Of a stretch of DNA of 56,648 bases, positions 46,725-56,648 are shown one piece after another (within the stretch, counting starts at the first letter, position 1; each line of letters begins with the position of its first letter). Under the pieces are notes generated by a model. The model was not told where the DNA came from. It made no database searches and worked only from the letters and a program-made list of their open reading frames with translations. The DNA is taken from positions 1 through 56,648 of the forward strand of contig JBHLRP010000021.1 in NCBI GenBank assembly GCA_048882485.1, written 5' to 3'. Position numbers and translations under genes: made by a program. The DNA comes from Candidatus Thorarchaeota archaeon. GTDB lineage: Archaea > Asgardarchaeota > Thorarchaeia > Thorarchaeales > Thorarchaeaceae.

Positions 46725-47567
46725 TTACGCTTGAACAGTATTTTCCTGCCCCACTAGGATGTCAAAAACGTAGTGGATGATGTTCGGGGCGTACATCTTT
46801 ACTTGACGAATTGAAATTTGAGATGCAAATCTCTGACTTACACAGATCTCTTTTACCAATTCAATAGTTCTAGACAAATCATTTTCGGGTAGTGCAATAT
46901 GCATGTGTACTATCCCTCCCTCTGGCACCAGAGCTTCCAATGCATGAATCAAGTACTCCTGGGTGTCATGAAGATATCCCATTATCACACGATTCATGCA
47001 GTTGTTCGGATGTACAACACGACAATCACCTAGAATCGCACTTACTTTGTCAGTGAGACCGTTTAGACTGATATTCTCAATAAGCAGTTCATATGCTTCG
47101 GGATTAATCTCAATCGAAGTCACCTCAGCCCTTCCAGTCTTCGCTGCATGCAGTGAGAATTGTCCAACACAAGCAAACATGTCTAGGACTCTCTCTCCCG
47201 ATTCTATAACTCGGCCCATTCTGATTCTCTCAGCAAGGTTTCCTCCAGAGAATGTAAATCGTAGTGGATCGATTCTGAAACTCACCCCTCCCTCGACATG
47301 TGTTGTGAGAGTGTTGGAATCTCCTGCAATCAAGGTATAGTTCGGTTTGCGAACCTGTCCCTTTGTAGGACCAGTCTTTACAGCAACCGATTTAATCCTA
47401 ATATCATACTCTAGAGTCGCTTTTCCAATCGGGCTAGCAAAAGAAACAGAATCATGGTCTAAGCTCAGAATAGCCACATGTCCTATTAGATGGAACCCTG
47501 ATGGGAGTCTAGTATCCTCAGGAATAACTCCATGAAGTCGAGTTCTGAGAAATTCCATATATTGCAT
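46725..47567 (-). CDS. Trm5/TYW2 (Taw2)-family SAM-dependent tRNA modification enzyme
   Basis: IGHVA, FSGGNLAER, DMFACVGQF, EINP, RVIMG. Confidence 0.87.
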   Translation of the reverse strand: MQYMEFLRTRLHGVIPEDTRLPSGFHLIGHVAILSLDHDSVSFASPIGKATLEYDIRIKSVAVKTGPTKGQVRKPNYTLIAGDSNTLTTHVEGGVSFRIDPLRFTFSGGNLAERIRMGRVIESGERVLDMFACVGQFSLHAAKTGRAEVTSIEINPEAYELLIENISLNGLTDKVSAILGDCRVVHPNNCMNRVIMGYLHDTQEYLIHALEALVPEGGIVHMHIALPENDLSRTIELVKEICVSQRFASQISIRQVKMYAPNIIHYVFDILVGQENTVQA

Positions 47568-47686
47568 TGACTTTCTCTATCATAGCCAACCTCATAAAAC
47601 ATTGGTGCTAGGATGACTTATCCTACGATATACATTTCCTACGTTGTATTTCTCGTATTACAATATCTTGGATGTTAGACCACATA

Positions 47687-48886
47687 TCAGCAATACATGC
47701 TGCCAGGAGCACCATCGCCTCTGCCGCGGCTTTGGACCTTGGCTATTGCCTTTCTAAAGTCATCTTGCTGCACACAGACTCTACTTTCGCGGATGGCAAA
47801 CATGCCCGCTTCAGTGCACATCGCCTTGATATCGGCACCAGTCTTCCCAGCTGTGGCGGAAACTAGTTTGGCAAAGTCAAGCTTTGAATCCAAATTCATA
47901 CCGCGAGTATGAATCTTGAATATCTCCTTCCGACTGTCATCATCGGGGAATGGGAATTCGATTATTCGGTCAAAACGGCCCGGTCTTAGTAATGCAGGGT
48001 CTAGAATATCCGGCCGATTAGTTGCACCAAGAACTGCCACCTGTCCTCGATTCTCAAAACCATCAAGTTCACTGAGGAGTTGCATTAGAGTCCGTTGGAC
48101 TTCCCTGTCACCCGAGGTAGCTATGTCGAGTCTATGTGAACCTACAGCATCGAGCTCATCAACAAACACGATGGCAGGTGCTTTCTCTTTAGCAAGCATG
48201 AATATCTCTCGTACAAGACGGGCCCCCTCTCCAATGAACTTCTGTACCAGTTCGGATCCAATCACACGAATGAAGGTTGCATTTGTTTCGTGTGCGACAG
48301 CACGTGCACAAAGCGTCTTTCCTGTCCCTGGCGGTCCAGTGAGGAGAACTCCTCTTGGTGGTTCAATACCCACCTGTTCGAAAAGATGGGGTTTCACGAG
48401 AGGTAACTCTACAGTTTCCTTGATTTCAAGAAGCTGGTCTCTGAGGCCTCCAATATCAGTGTATGATACCTCAGGAGCTTCTTCAATCTCCATAGCTCTG
48501 ATCATGGGGTCTCTTGATGGAGGCAGCTCTTGTGTGACTGCAAAAGATCGTTGATTGAGGGCCACTCTCATACCAGGTTGAATCTTCTCCTTGACTATAG
48601 ATGAAGAAACATGTACTACGAAGTTTGGTCCTGTAGAGCTCTTCACAACAGCTCTACCATCCTCCAACATCTCAATCACTGTCGCAGTGATTAGAGGTGA
48701 CTGCCTAAGCTTCTCAAGCTCAGTTCGGAGAGTTTGCGTTTCCTTCTCCAACCTTGAACGCTCAGCCTGGAGTATCTGCTTCTCTGTTTCAAGAGCACGA
48801 AGACGACGTTCAAGATGTCGAGTGTAATTCTCAGTTAAGGATGAATCATCCATGCCATCCTTTTTGGCATCAGTAGTTCCTGGCAA
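47687..48886 (-). CDS. pan: Proteasome-activating nucleotidase
   Basis: Coiled coil plus [34 protein letters not shown]-terminal HbYX (MYC). Confidence 0.96.
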   Translation of the reverse strand: MPGTTDAKKDGMDDSSLTENYTRHLERRLRALETEKQILQAERSRLEKETQTLRTELEKLRQSPLITATVIEMLEDGRAVVKSSTGPNFVVHVSSSIVKEKIQPGMRVALNQRSFAVTQELPPSRDPMIRAMEIEEAPEVSYTDIGGLRDQLLEIKETVELPLVKPHLFEQVGIEPPRGVLLTGPPGTGKTLCARAVAHETNATFIRVIGSELVQKFIGEGARLVREIFMLAKEKAPAIVFVDELDAVGSHRLDIATSGDREVQRTLMQLLSELDGFENRGQVAVLGATNRPDILDPALLRPGRFDRIIEFPFPDDDSRKEIFKIHTRGMNLDSKLDFAKLVSATAGKTGADIKAMCTEAGMFAIRESRVCVQQDDFRKAIAKVQSRGRGDGAPGSMYC

Positions 48887-49027
48887 TCAACGCGCCTCGC
48901 AGCTCAATTCCCTGTTGATGTTAAAAGGTTTATTTTGAGGGTCTATATGTACCAACTTATACCCACGTCCAGTCAGTTACTTTTATCTACATATCCGATT
49001 CTGAAGGACTTGAAGAGGGATAATAAC

Positions 49028-49597
49028 GTGCCCAGCTGCGAACTTTGTGGCCGAAACATGAAGGGTCGTGGACGGAACGTCGAGATCGAGGGCGCTCGAA
49101 TGAACGTCTGCCCTCAATGTGCTAGTAGATTCGGCGGTTCTGAGTCTGTTTCTGGTCATCGGGACTCATCCGCGCCAAAGATGAAACCGTCCTGGGTTGG
49201 TGAATCAAGGAAACCGGCTCCAATGACTCCGCACAGACCACCATCCTTTCCTAAGAGAAGACCCAAACCAAGGTCAAGTGGAACTCTCCTTGATGATATG
49301 ATGCTGGTAGAGGACTTTGCAAGAAGAATACAGATTGCAAGGCAGAAGAAGAAACTGAACCAAGAGGAGCTTGCACAGAAGGTAGGGGAGCGCATTTCAA
49401 CACTGCAAGCCATAGAAGCAGGTCGACTCAAACCCACTCGTAAGACAATCAGAGGTCTTGAGAGAGAGCTGGATATCTCCTTGCTTGAACCAATCGATGC
49501 CGTTCCTATCAAAACATCTCGAGGAAGCTCTGGCACTGGTCCTACATTAGGAGACAGGGTAGTTGTCAAACGAAAGAAGTCCCAGAAGTCTGAATAA
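49028..49597 (+). CDS. mbf1: Archaeal multiprotein bridging factor 1
   Basis: CELCG..CPQC Zn ribbon, Cro-like HTH, TLGD motif. Confidence 0.92.
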   Translation: MPSCELCGRNMKGRGRNVEIEGARMNVCPQCASRFGGSESVSGHRDSSAPKMKPSWVGESRKPAPMTPHRPPSFPKRRPKPRSSGTLLDDMMLVEDFARRIQIARQKKKLNQEELAQKVGERISTLQAIEAGRLKPTRKTIRGLERELDISLLEPIDAVPIKTSRGSSGTGPTLGDRVVVKRKKSQKSE

Positions 49598-49743
49598 GAT
49601 AGGACCCAAACGAAGTGAATAAATAGTCTGTTATACTATAATATAATAGTAAGTGCAAGTTCTAGTTTCCAAACGCAGGGCTTTTGGTTACATTAAGACA
49701 CAGTCGACTTCCCAGCTACCATTCGCTAGGGTGATTACTTCAA

Positions 49744-50271
49744 ATGGCACATGCGAACATAAATCATGACCTTTTCCGCCTTGTAGTTGAAGAGATATCA
49801 GGCAAGGAAGGTGTGGACGTTGCATCCGTCCTTGTAAATGCGGAAGAAACCACAGATGAGGAAATTGCAACCAAGACCGATTTGAAATTGAACATAGTTC
49901 GTAGAATTCTTTACAAATTGCACGATAATCACCTCGCCTCTTACCGTAGGATTCGTGACACTAACACAGGCTGGTTCCTTTACTACTGGAAAATCGACCC
50001 GAAAAAGGCTCAAGCTCTTGTCAATCGGAAGAAACGTATGGTATTGAACCTACTCGAACAGAGACTAGAACACGAAACCAACAATGACCTCTATGCTTGC
50101 GTGAACCGTGATTCATCTCCAGTTCCATTCGAAGAGGCAATGAATCTATCATTTCGTTGCCCCTCATGCAACGAGCAGTTAGAATATGTTGACAACAAGA
50201 GGGCCATTAACTTTCTCAAGAAACGCGTAGAGGAGCTAAAGGCGGATCTAGAAGCTACATCTACAACATAG
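49744..50271 (+). CDS. tfe: Transcription factor E alpha
   Basis: TDEEIA..VRRILYKL..TGWFLYYW, FRCPSC. Confidence 0.95.
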   Translation: MAHANINHDLFRLVVEEISGKEGVDVASVLVNAEETTDEEIATKTDLKLNIVRRILYKLHDNHLASYRRIRDTNTGWFLYYWKIDPKKAQALVNRKKRMVLNLLEQRLEHETNNDLYACVNRDSSPVPFEEAMNLSFRCPSCNEQLEYVDNKRAINFLKKRVEELKADLEATSTT

Positions 50272-50338
50272 AGAAACTTGGCCTTTTTCAGAAACCTACT
50301 TAGCAAGCAAGTAATAGCCAGCATCCGGAGATGGACTG

Positions 50339-51112
50339 GTGAAGCGTCTAGTTCTCAAGGCCCGTGCCTATGGGTCATTTAGAGGAAGAATCCTTCATGC
50401 AGTAGAGTCGGAAATCTCTGAGATGACAAGGGAGCTTGATGTGAGTCTGTCACGACTAAAGACCGACAACAGAGACCGCATAATCATCGAGGTCAATGGG
50501 GAAGACGAGGAATTTGTTGCTAATGTACTTTCCAAAGAATATGGCACAGTAATCGCTACTGATGCTATCTCAGTTGGGTCGGTGTATTACGGACATTTTG
50601 TAGATGTTGGAAAGGTCGGGTATGGTCTATACGTCGATATTGGTATAACCACACCACTTCAAGTCGATACTCTGATTCCCCTTTTTCGTCTTCGAGAACA
50701 GCTTTCAATGGAGAAAACCTCACTACGTGCAATTGCCAAGACAGTCGTCTTTGTAGACAACCTACCCGTCAATGTCAGCATAACAAGCATCGACAATCGA
50801 GGTCCCAAAATCGAGGCCGAGCTTGCTGAGTCGTTTCTCAATCAACTCAATCGGTGGGTGGAAGACGATCATGAACGATTGCTCATTCTAGGTTGTACTA
50901 GAAAGATGTTAGATGACGCATTGAAGAAATCCAAGCACTTGGAAGACATCTATCGAGTGGAAAGACTCGGCAGTTTCGAGTATTCGCTCAGATGTAAAAG
51001 AAGTACACGGGCATCTGGGATATTGGCGGCCATCGGTCCAAAACTTAGGGGCGTGCCAATGCACCTATTTATTCCAGACGAGGTGGGAGAGAAGTATCAT
51101 GCCAAGACTTGA
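50339..51112 (+). CDS. DUF2110 family protein
   Basis: GKVGYGLYVDIG, ERLG..C..T..GI..IGP; typical position after tfe. Confidence 0.8.
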   Translation: MKRLVLKARAYGSFRGRILHAVESEISEMTRELDVSLSRLKTDNRDRIIIEVNGEDEEFVANVLSKEYGTVIATDAISVGSVYYGHFVDVGKVGYGLYVDIGITTPLQVDTLIPLFRLREQLSMEKTSLRAIAKTVVFVDNLPVNVSITSIDNRGPKIEAELAESFLNQLNRWVEDDHERLLILGCTRKMLDDALKKSKHLEDIYRVERLGSFEYSLRCKRSTRASGILAAIGPKLRGVPMHLFIPDEVGEKYHAKT

Positions 51113-51776
51113 TATTTGGCTCGTGGAAAAAGGCTATTTCTCTTCGCGACAGGCTGCAAAACGCGCTATACGGGCGGGTCATGTCAAAGTAAATGGAGCT
51201 CTGTCAAAACCGTCAAAAACCATCAAGAAAACAGACTCGGTCGTTGTATCAACTGTAATACAAGACAATCCAATTGGATATGCTAAACTCAAAGAGATTG
51301 ATGATTATTTAGAAGGAAACCTACTGTGGGATATCAATCTGGCCCTCGACATTGGCAGCTCCGCTGGGGGTTTTTTAACCCTTTTAGGCGAGAGGAATAT
51401 TCGTGCTGTAGGTGTCGAAGTTTCTGATGAATTTGCAGAAACCCTTGAAGAACTTGTGGAAACCTATCCAACCATTTCAATTCTAATTGATGATGCTTTC
51501 ACAATGGACCCATCCATTGTCTGCAATGAAGGCACATTGGATTTGCTACTTGTGGATGTCACTACTGATCCAGACGGCACAATCAACTTGATTCAGAGAT
51601 TCTCTTCTCTCATGAAGAAAGGCAGTCGACTTGTGGCAGCCTTCAAAGCAAGAAGCACTCCTGAAACAATAGAGGAGTTGCGTAGACAAGTCTCTAGACT
51701 GGGTTTTGTCGAAATTCTGAATCTCACCCTTGACAAGACCCGTCAGGAGATACATCTGATAGCCACTCGACATTGA
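51099..51776 (+). CDS. S4-domain TlyA/FtsJ-like RNA methyltransferase
   Basis: RLDIWLVEKG..SR..A S4 domain, LDIGSSAGGF. Confidence 0.85.
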   Translation: MPRLDIWLVEKGYFSSRQAAKRAIRAGHVKVNGALSKPSKTIKKTDSVVVSTVIQDNPIGYAKLKEIDDYLEGNLLWDINLALDIGSSAGGFLTLLGERNIRAVGVEVSDEFAETLEELVETYPTISILIDDAFTMDPSIVCNEGTLDLLLVDVTTDPDGTINLIQRFSSLMKKGSRLVAAFKARSTPETIEELRRQVSRLGFVEILNLTLDKTRQEIHLIATRH

Positions 51777-51816
51777 GCAATTCTTTTATTTCAATTGAAA
51801 CTTCCGAGAATGCTAG

Positions 51817-51926
51817 GGGCCGGTAGTCTAGCCCGGCTATGATGTCTCGCTTACACCGAGAAGCTGGTTGAGATTTGCTCTCTCCAGATTCGAAGGTCGC
51901 TGGTTCAAATCCGGCCCGGCCCACCA
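51817..51926 (+). tRNA. tRNA-Val(TAC) with 32-nt intron at 44/45 (51863..51894), CCA encoded
   Basis: GGGCCGG/CCGGCCC acceptor, TCTCG/CGAGA stem around CT TAC AC; BHB-like CGAG/TTCG helix with AAG bulges. Confidence 0.88.
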
Positions 51927-52040
51927 CAATTCTAGAAAGATAAATCACCAAAGAGTTGAAGAGCTGTTATTGTTCCTGCAAAATCGTGCGGTGAGTTCCT
52001 ACGAGCCATCAAAGGGGTCAAAATAGCCTAACCGGCTTAA

Positions 52041-52128
52041 GCGGGAGTAGCCAAGCCCGGTCAAAGGCGGAGGACTTAAGATCCTCTCTCGTAGGAGTCC
52101 AGGGGTTCAAGTCCCCTCTCCCGCACCA
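52041..52128 (+). tRNA. tRNA-Leu(TAA), intron-less, CCA encoded
   Basis: GCGGGAG/CTCCCGC acceptor, GAGGA/TCCTC stem, long variable arm. Confidence 0.93.
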
Positions 52129-52199
52129 ACTCTTTCTATGATGTCCGTTGAGCAACCCTTATCGGGAAGATTCCTTGCGCTGAACTCGGAGATACAGCA

Positions 52200-53507
52200 G
52201 TGTATGAGGACCTAAGATTTCCAAAAGGTTTCAGATGGGGCAGTGCCGCGTCAGCTCATCAGACTGAGGGCGGCAACTACAACAGCTGGAGCGAGTGGGA
52301 AAAGATACCCGGAAAAATCAAGGATGGATCAAATGCAGATATTACATGTGACCACTACAACCGTTACGAAACTGACTTCGACCTAGGAAAGGAATTAGGC
52401 CATCAGGTCCATCGATTCTCAATTGAGTGGAGCAGAATTGAACCAAAACAAGGCAAATGGAACAAGAGAGAGATAGAGCATTACCGTTCAGTAATCAAGG
52501 CGCTCATCGACCGTGGCATCCAACCCATGATGACTCTTCATCACTTTGCTAATCCAATTTGGTTCCGGGATATCGATGCATGGCTTAATCCTGAGAGTCC
52601 TGAAATGTTCGGACAATACGCAAGAAAAGCTGCTGAAGCTTTCTCTGACCTTGATATAATCTGGAACACAATCAACGAACCAATGGTCGTGGTTGCATTA
52701 GGCCACCTATACGGTGAGTTTCCACCCGGTGTCAGTGACTTTGGCAAGGCTCTAGACGCTGCTAAGCATCTTTTGATGGCGCATGGGCAGGCAGCAACCC
52801 AGATTAGAGAGGTCTATGATGATGCAGATAAGAAGCAGCCGCAGATAGCTCCAGTGGTAAGCACGACATATTTCATGCCAGCTGACCCCTCTAATGATGA
52901 TGATGTAGAGATGGCAACCTATCTCGATAACCTCTACAATCAAATCTGGATTCGTGGGGTTGTGAATTCCCAAATTGAGGAAATCGATGGCAGCACAACC
53001 AACTACAAGCCACTAGAGAACTCAGCCGACTTCATAGGTGTCAACTATTACAGTCGGATGGTTGTATCTTCAGAAATGGACATACTAGCCGGTGAAACGC
53101 CTCCTAAGGACCCCAACTTGGAACGATGTGAGGGGTTGGACTGGGAGGTGTATCCTGAAGGTTACTATCATATACTCAAGTCATATTGGGAGAGGTACAG
53201 CAAGCCAATCTTTCTGACGGAGAACGGCATTGGAACACTCGATGACTCCCTCCGCAGAAGATATCTGATATCTCATCTTCAGCAAGTTCATCGAGCCATC
53301 CAAGATGGAGTGGATATCCGTGGATATCTTGTCTGGAGTCTGACAGACAATTTCGAATGGGCACACGGTTATGAGAGTCATTTCGGTCTTATCGAAGTAG
53401 ACTATAAAAACCAAGAACGCATTCCACGTGAGAGCGCATACATGTTCAGAGAAATCATAGAAAACAATGGTCTGACAAAGGAGCTTCAGGAGAAACATCT
53501 ACGCTAG
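52200..53507 (+). CDS. Glycoside hydrolase family 1 beta-glycosidase
   Basis: RFSIEWSRI, TINEP, TENG, DNFEW. Confidence 0.95.
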   Translation: MYEDLRFPKGFRWGSAASAHQTEGGNYNSWSEWEKIPGKIKDGSNADITCDHYNRYETDFDLGKELGHQVHRFSIEWSRIEPKQGKWNKREIEHYRSVIKALIDRGIQPMMTLHHFANPIWFRDIDAWLNPESPEMFGQYARKAAEAFSDLDIIWNTINEPMVVVALGHLYGEFPPGVSDFGKALDAAKHLLMAHGQAATQIREVYDDADKKQPQIAPVVSTTYFMPADPSNDDDVEMATYLDNLYNQIWIRGVVNSQIEEIDGSTTNYKPLENSADFIGVNYYSRMVVSSEMDILAGETPPKDPNLERCEGLDWEVYPEGYYHILKSYWERYSKPIFLTENGIGTLDDSLRRRYLISHLQQVHRAIQDGVDIRGYLVWSLTDNFEWAHGYESHFGLIEVDYKNQERIPRESAYMFREIIENNGLTKELQEKHLR

Positions 53508-53517
53508 GGGACTAAAG

Positions 53518-54078
53518 ATGCCAATTCAAGGACTGCTATCCGCATTTGGTCTTGTATTCATCACCGAGATTGGAGACAAGACAATGCTGACAACTATGTG
53601 TCTCAGTGCACAGTATAGGCGTCCCGCAATCATTCTCCTTGCAACAATGTCAGCACTGGCAATTGCGTCAGCAGTAGCCGTTGCTGCTGGTGTTATCTTA
53701 TCGGTGGCTATACCGATTGATTTCATTCTCTATGTTTCAGGAGCCCTTTTCATAATAATGGGCATTCACACACTTGTGAAGAACGATCCAGAACCTGATG
53801 ACTGCAAACAACCTGCAACATTTGCGAGTATGATATCTCTAGTCCTATTCTCAGAGCTAGGTGACAAGAGCCAGATTGCGATTCTAGCTCTTGCAGTTCA
53901 ATCCACTTTTCCTATAATGGTCTTCATTGGAGCCATGGTTGGTTTTCTAATCGTCAATCTCATTGGGGCATACGCTGGAGACCGTGTTGCCGAAAGAGTC
54001 CCTGTGAGTATGATTCGAAAAGCAACAGGCCTAATATTCATCGCATTTGGAATTCTGGTTCTAACTGGCATTATTTGA
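53518..54078 (+). CDS. TMEM165/GDT1 (UPF0016) Ca2+/Mn2+ transporter
   Basis: Duplicated EIGDKT / ELGDKSQ motifs, about 6 TMs. Confidence 0.92.
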   Translation: MPIQGLLSAFGLVFITEIGDKTMLTTMCLSAQYRRPAIILLATMSALAIASAVAVAAGVILSVAIPIDFILYVSGALFIIMGIHTLVKNDPEPDDCKQPATFASMISLVLFSELGDKSQIAILALAVQSTFPIMVFIGAMVGFLIVNLIGAYAGDRVAERVPVSMIRKATGLIFIAFGILVLTGII

Positions 54079-54152
54079 TTCCCTCTTTGCGGGCGAAGAC
54101 TTTATGACTCAGCCAGCAGCGTTGAACTCTGGAACCTCAAGGTGGGATATGA

Positions 54153-55505
54153 TTGAGTCTAGACGGTTCTGGTTATAGTGGACTTGTTCTGGAAAAGCTC
54201 TCTTCAGCAGGTGTCAAGATTGGTGACACAATCACGATTCGGCATGACGGCGAGGAACATAGTGGGGTCCTAATGCCTCGTGCCCAGATAGGCAGTGATC
54301 CAGACCATATCGTTGTCAAATTGTCTACTGGGTATAATTTCGGAATCCGCCTCACGAACGATTCAGAGGTCATGTTAGTCAAGAAACGTAGAGCAATCAA
54401 ACGTGCAGCCTCAGAGGATGTGCCAGCACACAGCGAAGGTCTTCCTGCGGTATCGATACTTAGTACTGGAGGGACAATTGCTAGTAAAGTGGACTATAGG
54501 ACTGGCGCCGTCAATCCTGCACTGACCGCACAGGATCTGTATGACACAGTTCCAGAACTGAAAGACTATGCCAATGTCAGAGCCAAGGTCTTGATGAGTG
54601 TGTTTTCTGAGGACATCAGACCATTAGACTGGACTAAGATTGCAAAAGGAGTAGCTAGTGAGATAAAGCAAGGCGCAGACGGTGTTATCATTGCACATGG
54701 CACAGACACCCTTGGTTTCACTTCAGCTGCATTGTCATTCGCACTTCAGAATCTTCCAGTACCTGTAGTGCTAGTAGGATCCCAAAGGTCGTCTGACCGC
54801 CCTTCCTCAGATGCTGCGATGAATCTTGTCTTTGCCACGGACTTCGTGGGTCGTGTTGATGCGGCAGAAGTAATGCTAGTCATGCATGGTGAAACAGATG
54901 ACACCTTTGCCTATGCACACCGTGGTACTCGAGTGCGAAAAAGCCACACAAGCAGACGTGATGCTTTCCAATCAATCAATACCTATCCTCTATTCAGGAT
55001 TGACTCTTCCGGCATAAAGGAGATGAACCCGCCTATTCTCAGACGTGATACAAATCGAACTTTGAAGTTGAAGCCAAAGTTCGAAGAAAAGGTCGCTATT
55101 GTGAAGACTTACCCGGGACTTAGTCATGATGTAATCGACCATCTTGTTGACAATCAATATCGAGGAATTGTCATTGAAGGAACCGGCCTCGGACATGCTC
55201 CCAATTCTTTACAGGCATCTGTGAAGCATGCAGTTGATACTGGCGTAGTCGTTGCAATGACTAGTCAATGCATTTCAGGCCGAGTTGATATGGATGTATA
55301 TCGAACGGGCGTGGAGTATCTGGAGCTAGGTGTTGTAGCATGTGAGGACATGCTGACTGAAACAGCATTTGTCAAACTATCTTGGCTCTTGGCAAACATG
55401 AAGACCACTGACAAGGTGGTAGCTGCTCTCGTCGAATCAATATCCGGTGAGATAGACATGCGTTCAGAGATGGCTGAATATTCCACCACTGCGGAGGGGA
55501 CCTAA
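54153..55505 (+). CDS. gatD: Glu-tRNA(Gln) amidotransferase subunit D
   Basis: KLSTGYN, STGGTIASKVDY, HGTDT, QRSSDRPSSD, HTSRRDAF. Confidence 0.96.
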   Translation: MSLDGSGYSGLVLEKLSSAGVKIGDTITIRHDGEEHSGVLMPRAQIGSDPDHIVVKLSTGYNFGIRLTNDSEVMLVKKRRAIKRAASEDVPAHSEGLPAVSILSTGGTIASKVDYRTGAVNPALTAQDLYDTVPELKDYANVRAKVLMSVFSEDIRPLDWTKIAKGVASEIKQGADGVIIAHGTDTLGFTSAALSFALQNLPVPVVLVGSQRSSDRPSSDAAMNLVFATDFVGRVDAAEVMLVMHGETDDTFAYAHRGTRVRKSHTSRRDAFQSINTYPLFRIDSSGIKEMNPPILRRDTNRTLKLKPKFEEKVAIVKTYPGLSHDVIDHLVDNQYRGIVIEGTGLGHAPNSLQASVKHAVDTGVVVAMTSQCISGRVDMDVYRTGVEYLELGVVACEDMLTETAFVKLSWLLANMKTTDKVVAALVESISGEIDMRSEMAEYSTTAEGT

Positions 55506-56648
55506 ATGGAAGAAACAGACCGCTACAAGAAGCTCGGTCTGATGGTCGGTCTTGAACTCCATCAACAGCTCAACACATCTCGCAAGCTCTATTGTCATTG
55601 TTCCCCGGTAGTCCGGGATGACGACCCCCAGGGCAGATTTGTCAGACGACTAAGACCCACACAGAGCGAAATGGGTCAAGTGGACCCTGCTGCCCTTTTT
55701 GAGTTTCAGCAAAACAAACGATTCTGTTATGAGTATTACAATGACACCACTTGTCTTGTAGAAGCCGATGAGGAACCCCCCCACAATCTCTGCGAGGAGG
55801 CTATTGACATCGCTCTGACCGTGACAAACTTCCTAGGCTCTACAGCGGTTGATGAGATTCATCCCATGAGGAAGCTTGTGATTGATGGAAGCAATACCAC
55901 TGGATTTCAACGCACATGCATCGCTGCTACTGGTGGGGAAGTTATGGTGGGAGAGAAAGTAATCGGGATTCAAACAATCTGCTTGGAGGAAGACGCCGCT
56001 AGAAAAGTGGGTGAAGATGACAAGGAGAACATGAGAATCTACAGACTGGACAGACTTGGAATACCCCTTGTCGAGATTGCCACAGCTCCTGACATCAGCA
56101 CTCCGGAAGAGGCTCAAGAAACAGCTCTTGTCTTAGGACGTCTTCTTAGGTCAACTGGTAGGGTGAAACGGGGCTTGGGGACAATCCGTCAAGATGTCAA
56201 TGTGTCGATTAGCGGCGGAGCAATCATTGAGATCAAGGGCTTTCAACAGCTAGAGATGCTTGCTGAACTAGTTGAGCTTGAAGCACTGCGACAGGAACGG
56301 CTGTTGGAGATACGAGATGCTTTGTTCGAGAGAGGAATCACAAGTGACTCTATCAGTGACAGGATTCATGACGTCAGTGAGGTCTTTACTAGGACTGAAG
56401 CCAAGGTCCTGAAACGCGCCTTGAAGTCTGGCGGAGCAGTGTTTGCAACCAGATTGCCTGGCTTTGCAGGACTAGTTGGTCGAGAACTCCAACCTGACCG
56501 AAGGCTAGGAACCGAGTTGTCAGACTATGCAAAGTTCTGGGGTCGAGTAGGGGGTATCTTTCACACCGATGAGCTGCCTAAGTATGGCATAACCGAGGCA
56601 GAAGTCGCCAGCCTAAGAAAGCATGTCGGAGCATCAGATCAAGATGCA
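55506..56648 (+). CDS. gatE: Glu-tRNA(Gln) amidotransferase subunit E, truncated by window end (absent from ORF track)
   Basis: MEETDRYKKLGLMVGLELHQQL..RKLYCHC, IDGSNTTGFQR, LDRLGIPLVEIAT. Confidence 0.95.
   Translation, partial: MEETDRYKKLGLMVGLELHQQLNTSRKLYCHCSPVVRDDDPQGRFVRRLRPTQSEMGQVDPAALFEFQQNKRFCYEYYNDTTCLVEADEEPPHNLCEEAIDIALTVTNFLGSTAVDEIHPMRKLVIDGSNTTGFQRTCIAATGGEVMVGEKVIGIQTICLEEDAARKVGEDDKENMRIYRLDRLGIPLVEIATAPDISTPEEAQETALVLGRLLRSTGRVKRGLGTIRQDVNVSISGGAIIEIKGFQQLEMLAELVELEALRQERLLEIRDALFERGITSDSISDRIHDVSEVFTRTEAKVLKRALKSGGAVFATRLPGFAGLVGRELQPDRRLGTELSDYAKFWGRVGGIFHTDELPKYGITEAEVASLRKHVGASDQDA

Larger units (their letters stand above)
33832..51261. repeat. Dispersed GTA(A/T)TAC sites, mostly in 9-bp-period tandem arrays (centromere-like domain)
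   Basis: 17 exact cores at 33834, 34423, 35583, 36443, 37817, 38879, 39943, 40940, 41688, 42272, 43260, 43761, 45109, 46257, 47655, 50584, 51255. Confidence 0.8.

Noticed and set aside
47697-49569. Long antisense ORFs opposite pan and mbf1 (likewise opposite mcm, rfcL, hypF, glmS and others)
   Set aside because: Shadow frames of conserved genes with no recognisable motifs.
33832-51261. CRISPR array or MITE family as explanation for the repeats
   Set aside because: Units are 7-9 bp, kb-spaced and embedded in intact genes; no spacers, TIRs or TSDs.
51996-52005. TTCCTACGAG complementary to the tRNA-Leu variable arm
   Set aside because: 9-10 nt match without C/D boxes; compatible with chance.

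Overview
Archaeal chromosomal window with an Asgard/TACK-type gene set (Rpo8, GINS23-MCM, NAC, PAN, TFE, GatDE, IPK). A Thorarchaeia-like Asgard archaeon is plausible but cannot be proven from this window. The left part is a replication gene cluster (hel308, mcm, gins23, rfcS/L, cdc6). The middle holds a TFB paralogue, a TadA-like ATPase, a Flp-like pilin, two large surface proteins, a 1257-aa VirB4/HerA-like ATPase and a VirB2-like small protein. At 34.16-34.43 kb is a typical ORB-DUE-ORB replication origin, about 23 kb from cdc6, with a third ORB at 30.13 kb beside a winged-helix gene. Main find: from the origin rightwards for about 17.5 kb, a GTA(A/T)TAC motif recurs roughly every 1 kb, usually in 9-bp-period tandem arrays and even inside genes. 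These arrays bracket a two-gene operon encoding an ExeA-like AAA+ ATPase and a small ribbon-helix-helix protein, a candidate undescribed origin-proximal chromosome partition/organisation system. Four of the five tRNA genes carry introns, three at non-canonical positions. All motif counts come from manual reading, and protein calls rest on recognised motifs, not database searches.
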